Shown here: piece by piece, positions 42,701 to 54,700 of the stretch
How the letters are laid out: the number at the start of each line of letters is the position of its first letter
Numbering within the stretch: position 1 is the stretch's first letter
Source: Thalia democratica
Taxonomy: Eukaryota
Assembly: GCA_965202585.1 (NCBI GenBank)
Contig: OZ241827.1
Coordinates: forward strand, 58,218,001-58,282,000
DNA length: 64,000 nt
Direction: 5' to 3'
Notes under the pieces: generated by a model
What the model saw: only the letters and a program-made list of their open reading frames with translations
Databases searched by the model: none
What the model was told of the DNA's origin: nothing
Translations under genes and position numbers: made by a program

Positions 42701-45700
42701 TAAGTTTAAAAACTTAGTGTTAACGACAAGTTATCATTAGTTTTCAATAGAATATTAGTTTTTCTTGATTTTCAGCGTTGGAATAGAAACTCAACTATAA
42801 GGCATCAACAAAACATTTATTTGATATAAAAATGGTATAAGTGAAACTGATTGTATTTTTAAAGCTTGTTCTACTGGTCTGCACATCTAACAACAGAAAA
42901 ATTTGAAAGTTAAGGTTAATTTTTCCGCGTTGCTTGTTTAAACAGGACGCACAGAAGACAAATAAATAGGCTGAGCAAAAAACCTTTTCCCTCGACCGTG
43001 AAAACGATCTCTTGGTCGTCTCCGAGCGGGCTATTCATAACTCTGAAATGCAAAAGAGTTTTGTTCCCTTCAGGATTCATTTGCAATAGCAGCAGCTCAA
43101 CCCCGCCGATAGTGGTCGAAACCGTGTCGGATGTGGTGAATCCAGTGCCTTGAAAGTTGTGTTTTTTTTTAAACTGATTTGTTTAAAAAATCTTTTTCTA
43201 ATAGATAAAGTTTTAGCTGCTTCAATAAACTAAAAGTTTTTTTTTTCATTTGCGCTAAAAACAAGTGATCACGTTTTACGATTCAATTAGTTCGTCTTTA
43301 TCAAAACAACGTAACGAAATTTTATTTTTACCTAGCATTCTTAACGAGTCGCCGTACTCAACTTGCCCGTCCGTCCCGTTGTAGTAAGTAACTCTTTCAA
43401 TTTTGGGGGTCTCCGCTTCCAGCCATTCGAATTGGCACGACGCAGAGTTTTCTCCGTCATGGTCGGCTGAGCACGAAGAAGGAATGTTGTTGATGAAGAC
43501 TTGCACCTTTGCGATTTTTCGGTTGTTTTTTGTTTAATAGATACAGTAAATAATAAATTTATTTTTTAAAGATCTTGTGAACATGTGCAATCTAACGTTT
43601 CTTTTGAAGAAAGATGTTGTGGGCTTTTTAAGTAAATACCTTAAAAAAAAATTAATTGTTTAATATATGCAATCATTTTACTTATGTTAGTAGATGAAAT
43701 CGTTATAGACAATGAGCAAGTCAATAAACTAATAAAACTCTAAACTCTATAAAAATTACTAGTTTAAAAGTTTTTTTTTTTTGCTTTGTGCGAAACAAAA
43801 AGACTTGAAAATACATTATATGTCTATGAGATTTCTTTTTAGAAATGTTATGCATTTGCAGCAGAAAACCTTCAACTAAATCAGCACTTTGACTGTCGTA
43901 AATATAGATCATAACAGTATAAACACGTTATAAGTCTAAACTCAAACGCAGCCATATGCTTCTTTTTTACTTATACTACAAAATATTTCAAATACCGTAC
44001 AAAGCATTTTAACAATAATAACAAGAATCCATCTTAGTAGCAAAAGAGACAAGACAAACCAGTCAGGCTTTATTAACAGCTCAAACGGCTCTGTTCAAAC
44101 ACCGATCAGGCTTTAAACACTGTTGGCGTGAGAACTTGACTGAAACAAAAACCTGCGGCTTGTCGTGGGCGGTTCTGAGGAAGTCGCCGGCGATGGGGGC
44201 CAGCCTCAAGTGCCCCCTCTGGTGCTTGTACGTGGACGTTTGCACGTTGTTGCCCGTCAGCCCGCTCCCGTCCACCGCGATCATTTCCTTCCACCCTCCC
44301 GGCGACACTATGTTCATCGAGTAGGTGTACCTGTTGGTTGGTCGATGAAAATATCTCGAACTTACTACTGTTCAAGGTAAATGAACACTTACTGAAAAGC
44401 GTCGTGTTTGATACTTGAGTTTTAAACGTTTGTTTTCACTTGATAACTGAGTTTTGTTTTCAGGTTTAAAAGCGGTTTGATATTATTGCATATATGTTTA
44501 GCTGAAAAGGCTAAACAATTTTCAAACTATGCTTTCTCGTTTATTAATTTACTTTCTAATTTATTACAGTCATTAGTGTTACAATATTGCTGACTTTGGA
44601 ATCTTTGTATTAAGTTGCTATACAAATTTTTTTAAGTAGCTTAAAAGATTCTTTTTTTTCGTATTTTGTTTATAATGTTGTAAAATTGGCTAAAAAAATT
44701 TAAAACACTATGAATACATTTAAAAAGTTAAAACTAGTTTGTTAACAAATCAACTAAGTTTTAACAAAAACATCAACTTTTTGCTACTCTAAAATAAATT
44801 ATAATTGTTATAAAATTTTAATGTCGTGTTTAAGCTACAAAGTGAAAAGTTTTACTGATTTTTAACCTCAAACTTCAAGCTTTTTATTTTGAAACATTTT
44901 TATTTTTATTTCATTTTACAGTTTTGTCAAACAACCTTAGCATTTTATGAGTGCAACTTAGTGTGTTGTTTAAATAAGTAAAATTAAAAGATAACAATTT
45001 TTTAGCAAACCCGTAGCAATTGCCCCATCTCCAGTTTTCAACCTTCTCAATTCCGTCCACGTTGTAGACCAGCGTGTGAAAATCTTGGCGGGAAATGTTG
45101 GCGGGAATGTTGAGTATCGGCGCAAACTGGTCGTTTTCGAAAGTGACGTCGAAGGTTCCGCCCATGGGAGGGCTCGCCGCTGAAGTACGGGTCACAGTGG
45201 CCTGAGCGTTTTTGTTAGAATTAGATTAAACAGTTTATTAAATGGAAAAAATCCTTAATTATGAAAACAGCGGTTAGTGTAAAGAAATATATTGTTGTGC
45301 ATTCAAGCAAGCTGTTAGGTAATGTTTTAAACAAGAGTTTTCTTGTAAACTTATTAAATACGTAAGTAGCATTGGTTTACTTAAACTTTAATGAATATAC
45401 GATTCAGTGTATCCAAATCAAGCACATTTTTTATCTTTTCGCCTTTAGTTTGTTTACAAACCCGATATAAACGTTATTACACTTTTTGCGACTGTAAAAT
45501 TTATCTTTAACCATATTTAATCATACTAATGATAACATTACAAAAACAAACAATATTATCTTACTTACTATAAGTTACAACTATAACTAACTTGGTGTTC
45601 AAATAAATAAATCTATTAAAATTATTTAATTAAGTTTAATGTTAACTTTTAAAAGATTAGTTGAGAAAACCATTTATGATTTGCTATTAAAATTGAGGTA

Positions 45701-48700
45701 GCTTTCTTAATTCAAAACAAGCTATTTGATAGGTTTATTTTCAGAACATATTTTTTTAACTGACAATAAATAACTATTTAAATAAACGTTTGTTCTCTAT
45801 AAAACATTACTTACACTGTTATTACTGTTTTCATTTCTGTATCCGATTGTCGATGCCTCTTCCGTTTTGTCTCCGAGAAAAGCCAGTTCTTCAAAAAAAG
45901 TGTTAGTTTTACTAGTTAGCTGTTTTAATGTATTAGTCGTCTATTAACTTAACTAAAGCAACATTAATAGTATAGCATCAAATATAATTAATTCAGTCTA
46001 CCTTAAACATTTTTAAATATTGTTTTACAAGCGTGGAAATAAGGTTAATAAATTATTTATATAAAAACAGGAAAACTGTGATTCAAATTGCAAGCCATGG
46101 TTAAAAAGTAGATTGTAAACTCGTCAAAACTAAAAAAAAATGCCAAAATACAAATATGCTTATTAAGACAGCAGTTTTCAGTTTCGTGAAAACTGGTACT
46201 CACCAAGCAACGGGAAGTTGTAGCCGCAGTCGTGGCTCTTCATGGTGATTTGGAAGAAATTTTCAACTGCGTTGTTCACCACAACTTCCTTCAGCTTCAC
46301 GTGGGGTATTGCCGGCGGTGATCTTTCGCCCAAAAGTTCTTAATATACAAAACTTAGTTGATTGAAAGAGTAAAAATTTCTATTTTACTTTATCATTGCG
46401 TTAGCAAAATATTAAAGTCATTGTTGTTTTGAGATGTTGTACTTTACTTTAAACATGTTTTCTTAATAATGATTTCAACAAACAAAGTTACTCTTTTATC
46501 TTTTGGGTAATTTATATAATAACAATGAAAAAAAAAAGTTGAACGATATAAACCTTGAATGGTCGCTTCGTCAGGTGCTTTTCTACCGAAGAAGAGGTTA
46601 TCCACGTATATGTCTCCCGACCTCTCCAAGATAAACCTTCCAATTCTAAAATCTCTAGCCTCGGTGTACTCTAAAAATTTAATACAACTTATTGTCTTTG
46701 AACAAGACCATTTAATCTTTGAAACCATCTTTTTAAACTACACAACAAAAGTAAAAAATTGTATTAATTACAATTAAAGATCACTTACTTCATAAATTAA
46801 TCACATCCTCAATATTTGTCATTTACTAAAAGTAAATTCTCAAACACTTTTTATAAACTTAAATCGGCAATACACAGCACAATGCTCAACGAATCTCATT
46901 ATTCAGCGAAATGAACAAATACAGTGACACAAAACAAACGCAACACGCATTTAATACAACAAAACTAAGAACAAAAAAAGCTAATAAAAATGATAGCTAA
47001 TTTATATTAATTAAAGCTTAATTAAAAAAAGTCACTAATTCACAAATAGTATGAAAGCATGTACAATAGGTTCATGCGCAAACAATCGCTGAAAACACCA
47101 CTGACTTTCCTCTAAAATTTCTCCAAGGTCCCAGCAAGCGTAAGTCCAGTCTTCTCTTTCCTGCAAACCGGGTAATGTAACGTGCACGTTCTTGTCAAAC
47201 TCCTGCTGATTCCCCCCTACGCCCTCCTTCATGTTAAACTCCATTCTCACGTAAGACCTTATTTTCCCTCTGTACGCCATGCAGAACTGTGAACAATACT
47301 TTATTAGAACATAAGTTAGTTTTTTTGGTCGCTATATATAAAAATCATTGAAGTCTGTAAAAACTTTATTTGTATTTGTTTTTAGTTTACTTCATGAAGA
47401 CTTTTCAGTTTTTTTTTTGTTTCCAACGTCGTAAATTTTTCATTGTGTTTTCATTGGTATATCTTTTAATTAACATTATCATAAAAATGTTAAAGTATTA
47501 TACCTTTAAAACAAAACAAACACCTATTATTTTTTAGATATGGTTTATCACAGTTATTCTTACCTTCAATGTCGTATACATTGATTGAAACTTAAAGTAA
47601 ATGAAAAAGCTGCAGGCCGCTTACAACTTAATACAAGTGTGAAACAAACGTCTTTGTAAATGCTGGTTCTGATTGGTTCATCGTCGTCGTGGAACACCTC
47701 CCACAGGTTCCTCGCCGAGTACGTGCCGCAAAAAGAATTTTCCACGACCACCGATCCCTTGCGCGTTTCCTCCGTCTCCTGGTCGCTGTGACGTCATAAT
47801 ACAACTGATAACATGCGTTCAACAACGCAGTTTAGTGCTACTTTTAACTTCAAGTACACAAAACCCAAATAAAGTAACCATCAACTCACTAGAACAGAAA
47901 CTTGTCTTTTTTCACTCCTTCCAAAGTGAACTCTAGGGGGCAGTGCGGTTCGTAGAGGTACGAAACTGCGTCAATTATTTCCTGCTCCGTGGCGCCATCC
48001 ACCGGCACTGGCTTTGAAAGGACGCCCTGGTGTTCGAAAGTGATCGTTTTGTAATCGGGGATTCCCGCAACGAGGTTTTCGACGTCGAGGTCTGAAACTC
48101 CGGCGGAAGCCGAAACGTTTAGGTAGCGATACCAGTTACCTTAAGATTTAAAAACAATGAAAACTTTCTTTTTTGTAACTAAAATAGTATCTAAATCTAA
48201 AATAAATCTAAATGACAGGTTAGCTGAAAATCAGTTTGTTTTTGTATAAAAACGTAAGTTATTATAAGCAATTAGACCACGGTTTCCCAAGTGGGCGATA
48301 TCGCCCCCCTGGGGGCGACTTTAGTAATTTGGGGGGCGATAATTAGTAAGGGGGCGAAAGGGTGGGCGATAACTAGTAAGGGGGCGAAAAGGGGGCGATT
48401 TTAAAATTTTGGGCTGTTATGAGATTTTTACTTTTTTTCTTGCTGTTTTACTAATTTTAGCTTGCTATTAATTATTTGACCCTGAGGTAAAACTTAAACA
48501 AAAAAGTTTATTTCATTAATGTAAAAAATAGAAAAAAATCAAGTCCTTATGACTCTTACTTTCAAGTAAATACTGTATTTTCATTCATATATTTCCTTGT
48601 TTAACAATTACATATATCATAGATGATTGAAATCCTTCTCACTATTTTATAACCTGACATATATGTTATTTGGGATCATAAATGGTTTGTAATAATCTAT

Positions 48701-51700
48701 GTTATTTTTTATTAACTATCACCTCATGATATTTCCATTTGTTTTTTGAAAAGTCACCAAGTTAGACTAAGAAATAAAACTATACAGGGTTGCCAATTTA
48801 CCTAGAAACCTGGAAAAACCTGGAACTTGACAAGTTCGGCAAAAAAAAAACCTGGAAAAAATCTGGAATTTTTAACGATTTTAACATATTAAGTAGTAAA
48901 ATTTAGATTTGACACAAAAAAGCTATCATATAGATTAAAATATGGATCCCTTCGAGGCAGATACTTTTGAAATAAACGACATACAGGAAACCTTCTCAGA
49001 CTTACAAACTGACCTTAAACTTAAAGTAAATTCTTCCAAAGAACGATATGAAAGCTTTTAAATTCAACAAAAACTAAGGCAAAAGTATCCAATCATTTAA
49101 GAGGAATTTAAATTGTTGTTTATAGCTTTTCCTTCTAGCTATGTTGTTGAGAAAGCTTTCAGTTCAGTTATCAACATCTTGAGCAAAAGATCTAATCTAA
49201 ATATTATAAAGGAGGTGACTTAAGGCTCTATTTTACTGATTAAGAATCAGATTAGAAAAACTTGCAAGCAGTCATGAACCTCATCATTCACATTATATTA
49301 GACTTCAGTAGCAGACATTATTTTATGAAAATTTTTTAATTTGATTTGATCTTTTGAAAATTTCTTATTTAACCTGGTTTGTATTGTACTTAATTAGTCG
49401 TTTTATAATAACAACTTTATTAAGCTATTTATTCTACAACAGGTTTGCATAATGCCTAATAAATCTTAATTACGGTGGACTTTCTCTTGAGTTCGCACTT
49501 TTTACCCAAACAAAAAGAGCAAATTTATATTTTCTTATATATAACTAAAATAAAGTCTATTACTAATCTATTACTAACCAAATATTAATAAAACAAAATA
49601 TATATAGTATTTGTTAGCTTATATAGATTTGTTTTATTTTGATGAAAGTTTGTTTTATGTTTTAGTGGATTTCATGTGTATTCATTACATTATTGCATAT
49701 AACATATTGAAATTTGTCATTTTGTAAAAAAAACTGTGGTAATAATTTTTTTAGTTTGCGCTTTTTAATTTTTTTCAAAGTGCGAACTTAAGCGGAAGTC
49801 TACTATGTTTATTTAATGATTTATGTTTTAAAGTTGTTAATAGTTTTATTTTGACCTGGTTAATTTTGTAGTTCATATTCGTCGTTTTACATTACACTAA
49901 AAGTTTTTATAGCATAGTGATTAATATATTTTTGTTTAAAAAACCTTTATTTGACAGGTTTTTGTTATTACTTGTTTAATCTGTATATAACTTATATAAC
50001 TATATAACTATTATCTGATTGTAAAATTTTGATAACCATTAAAGTTTTAAATTGTAAAAGATTTTTTTGGTTTTAAAAGAGTATAAATTTGAGATCTCTA
50101 TTTTAAATGACTTCTACTCTTTCATTTAAAAGTTTCTTAAACTCAATTTTAATTTCTAACTTGATTTATTATTGTTTAAAAAGTTATTATTATATAAGGA
50201 ATTTTAGACTATTAATACAACTGTTTTTTGTTTTTTCTTAATTCAATTATATTAGCAATTAGAACATACTTAGTTTATTTTAATACTTCAACACTAGCTT
50301 TTAGTTTTTCACTATTTTCCTCTTTTAAATTATTATAGGCTAATAGCTAGAAAAAAAAACTTTTTAAACAAAATTAAATAAGCCATCAAAAAGACTGCTA
50401 CAGTTACAAAACAAAATTTTAACCAAGTTAATTTTTTTTTAATTGATTACTTTCTGTTCACAGAATTAAGTGTAGAACATTGGATTTTTTTTTTAAATTA
50501 AATAAAGAAAAAGAATTGTTAGAATTAAGGTTTAGTTCCCTAAATATTATTCCAAGTCAAGTACTATTTCACGGTATTCTACTACGATACAAATAGTTTA
50601 AAAAGTTTAAAATAAAATTTTTAATATTACAACTAACTTGCTTACAATATATCTTAGTATTGAAATTAATAAATTTACTGCATTAACTAAAGCTGTTGAT
50701 GAAACCACTTTTCATGTGAGAAAATCAACCAGTTGGTCAAACTTCCTCAAACTAGATCAGAAATTAACTTTTAATTTTTTTTTTATTATGTGTATAATAA
50801 ACTGTTCATTTTTTAGTTTTTTTAATCTCTGGTATAGTTATTTTAGAATATGCCTATTTATAAAATAATTTAAGTATTTTGTGCGGCTTAAATAAGTTAC
50901 TTAGTATTAAATTCTAAATGTCCAAAATTTGTTGTATGAGATATTATTATAATGTCAGGTTTCAGTTAAGATTTCAGTTAGGTAACGTAAGGCTCAGATC
51001 CAGTCGCAGGTCCAGTCGAATTTCGACCCGCTAAGTAAATTGAAAACTACTTGTGCATAATAAATAAAATTTAGTTTTTTTATACTTAACATTTTGAAAT
51101 ACGCTTTTATTTCGTTTTCAGTTCACAATATTATTTCCTAGATCACAATAATAGTACATGAGTTTATTACAATTTTGCTCGAGTTTTTTAATTTTCTTAT
51201 TTGTTATTTTTTTAAAATCATGCAGCCCGCTATTACATATTTTTAACGAGTTGAAACTAGAAAAGATTTTTTTAGTAAATATGAATTGCTGACTACAAAA
51301 ATTGTCCACCACTGACCTAAAAGTTTCATTAGTTTCAAAACAGTTCATTTTTAAACAGGATATGATTACAGATAACACAAGGCTTTTAAATAATTAAGTA
51401 TTTTAATACACTTTACTGGGCTTCTAAGAAAATAACTGTAAATTATTTTCTCAAGCCCTGTAAACTACTTTGAACACAAAAGTGCGTGCATAAGAAGTAC
51501 CAGACTAAATTACATTTCGAACACAATTTTTTTTAGCTCAAAAGTTTGTACTCAAAAGAAAAACTACTTTGTGAAATCAGGGGGGGGGGGGCGATTTTTT
51601 TTCAACTTACTGAAAAGGGGGCGATTTAGTAAATGAGTTTGGGAAACCCTGAATTAGACTATGAAAAAAAGACAGTTTTTTTAACATGGCTACCTATATC

Positions 51701-54700
51701 AGTTTCCTGAAGAAACTTTATTTTCAAAAGTTTAAACAAATGTTATAAAGTGCTTCTGTAAAAAATTGTTTCTTATAGTGACAGTAAGTTATTGATTTAT
51801 TTGTTTTTACCACTGTAAAATTTAAGCACATTTTTACTGTGGCTGAAATTATCTAACCGTTTTGTACTAATACTATACAACATGTGACAAACCTCTTTTA
51901 GATTTAAAAGTAATTGTGTATTCAACTTGCGTTCCATTTACTTCGTTTAATAAAACTTCCACTATTTCGTTGCTCTCAGTGTCTAAAACTTCCAAAGCCT
52001 CAATTTTATCTTTCACGAAGTCCTGAGCCAGCCCAACTTCCATCCAGTCTTTAAAAGTGACAAGTTCAACATGCTACCAAACAAAACACTCAAAGCATTA
52101 AAAACAGAACACTTATAAAATTTGGCAAAAAAAAAACTGTAGAAAAGCGTCAAAAACTGCCGTGTTTTTACTGGAGACCACTTGCTCTATTTAACTTAAA
52201 AGAAAAACATCAAAAGACAACAAACATCTCACAAATCAACAGACCTGTTTGCTTGCCCCCCAGCTCCACTCTGAACAACTCGTTGGAGCAGCCTCCGGTG
52301 CAGTTCATGCCGACCTTCACCTGGTCTTCGACGGACGTGCTGTTTTGCTGCCACTCCTCCAGCCGTACCTCCTGCACTTCGTCGTCGACCGTGGAAGACA
52401 GGTAGATCGACATCTTGTCCTTCTGCGAAGCGTCTGTGGCGTTGCGTTGTGTAGTTTGTTTAAAACCGCATAAAAAACTATAAAAGTTTTGGATCATTTA
52501 GGATAGTCTTATGCACTTTTGGTTGAAATGTTTTGATAGCTTGCACGTTTTGATAAAAATATCAAACTTCTAAATAACTAATATGTTTACCAAAATATGT
52601 TTTATTTTACAAATCATAATCCTTCCTAGTATGAGGTGGTGGTTCAACAAATACTTTATTTCAAGCAAATCAACTGACCAAGCTGGTCTTCGGTGAACAC
52701 CGTGTCGTCTATCCTGACGTTCAGTTCTATTTTCTCGTCGCAGTCGCCACCGGGGGACGCGCTCGCCACGAAATAGTATCCAATATTGGCTGTGAGGTCC
52801 ATGAAGTCCGACTTCTTTTCTTCTTTTGTGACCTCAACCTAAACAAACGAAAAAAAAATCAGGTATGAAAAAAAAGGTTTTTTAAATAAGCTTTAAACTC
52901 TTAGTAGCTTACTTTATACTTTATGTGTCAAACGATAAACAAAACAGATCATGTTATTTAAGAATTTACGAGTCCGGATCCGGTGTCCATGTGCAGTTTG
53001 CAGGACGCGCAGTCGCCGGTCGATGAGAAGTAGAACCTGTACTTGGAAGTGGTGGTGGGCCTGAAGAAGCCTGAAGCCCTCGTCATCACAACCCCCGTCA
53101 CGTTTTCTTGGTGACACAGCTTCGCCTCGTCCGAACGGTATGAGTGGTAGTCTGGTTAGTGAAAAAATGGTTTTATTTTTTGTTTTAACGAGGCATATGT
53201 GTGCTCTAAGCAGCAGTCTTGAGAGCTTGATGTAAAGAAGTTCAAGTAAAAAACATGTTGACCTTATGATTAAAATTCAGTCAAAAAACAAAACCGCTTT
53301 AAAGCTGTTTAAACTAATCAGCTGCTTATTAACAGTGTGTAAAACTGTTTTAACTTTTTTAAAACAAACGTGACAAACATTCAGAGTCGGTTTCGTTGTA
53401 CAGCGTGTTCACGTCGGTCAGAATCTCGACCAAAACTCCCCTGCCGCCCATGCGAAGCGTCTGATTGGCCGAATCGGGTTTGGCGGGAGAAACGCAGGTT
53501 ATTTGCTCGTCCGTGACCTCTGTGACGTCACAAATCTCGCCTCCGACCAACACCTGGTTCGTTGTTTAATTTTTTCAATAATTTAGTTTTTATCATTTCC
53601 GCAATAAAATTTACATATTTTTGTTCCGTGCAAATAAAAAAAATATTTGTCAATTGTCCTCAGACTATACCTATCAAAGCATTTTTTAAGCTAACTTTTG
53701 CTTTAATACCAGAGTTGTCATCAAAGTACTTTCCTTTAATTGTTAGTTCGAGTCCTCCCGCAGTGCTACCGACATTAGGTTCTACATTTTCCACAACTGG
53801 AAAAAAGATAAAAAGTTTAACAAAAACTCCGCATTTGTTTGTAATGATTATGCTTACAAGGGATTAAATAGTCTTTGATTGTATGTTGAGTATCTTATCT
53901 TTAGATACTATATTGAACTATAAACCCTATATTTCATAATAATGAAACTACTTAAATTTTAAAATTCAATTGATTTAAAAAAACTTAAAACCTAAAACTA
54001 GACTTCAGTCAACCGCGTATAATCAACTGAGAAGTATGGTATCTGTTTGAAAAGTTCAAACTTGTGTAAAGTCGTTACTTCGCTTCTGACAAAACCAATA
54101 ACCAACGTTTACTATCAAGTTAAACCCAAATAAAAAATCTCAAAAAAAGTGTTCAATTAACCAGCGTGCGTTTTGAACGTGTGTTTCTTGTTAAAACAAA
54201 CTCAATTAACCCGCATGGGATTGGAACGTGTATATCTTGTTAAAATAAATTCAATTAACCGGCATGGGTTTGGAACGTGTATATCTTGTTATCGGCGCTG
54301 ACCCTCTTAATCATCTTGTCGAGCCTCGATCTTCCGTACCCACCTACTATGAAGGAGACGTTCTGGTTACCAACGTAGGAAGACTCGATCTTGCACTTGA
54401 TGAATCCGTCGTTCGAATTCTCACCGTCCAGTTGCAACCCGTAGCTGAAAGTTGTATTCGCAATAAAAAATCTTATTTTTATTTTATTTTTGTTTTTTTC
54501 TTCGTAAACTTTAGCCGAGCTCTCACTACTTAGTGCAATAGAAGTAGAGCTTTAATATTATTTTAAATTTTTCTGTCTCAGTAATAGGCATTATTTTTAA
54601 ATATATTTTTATATATTTTTGTTTTATTAACGTAATCTTATGCTTTCTTGCTGGTTAATTGTAAACCAAGTTTTTGTCAAAATTAAATGTTTAACTTGTC

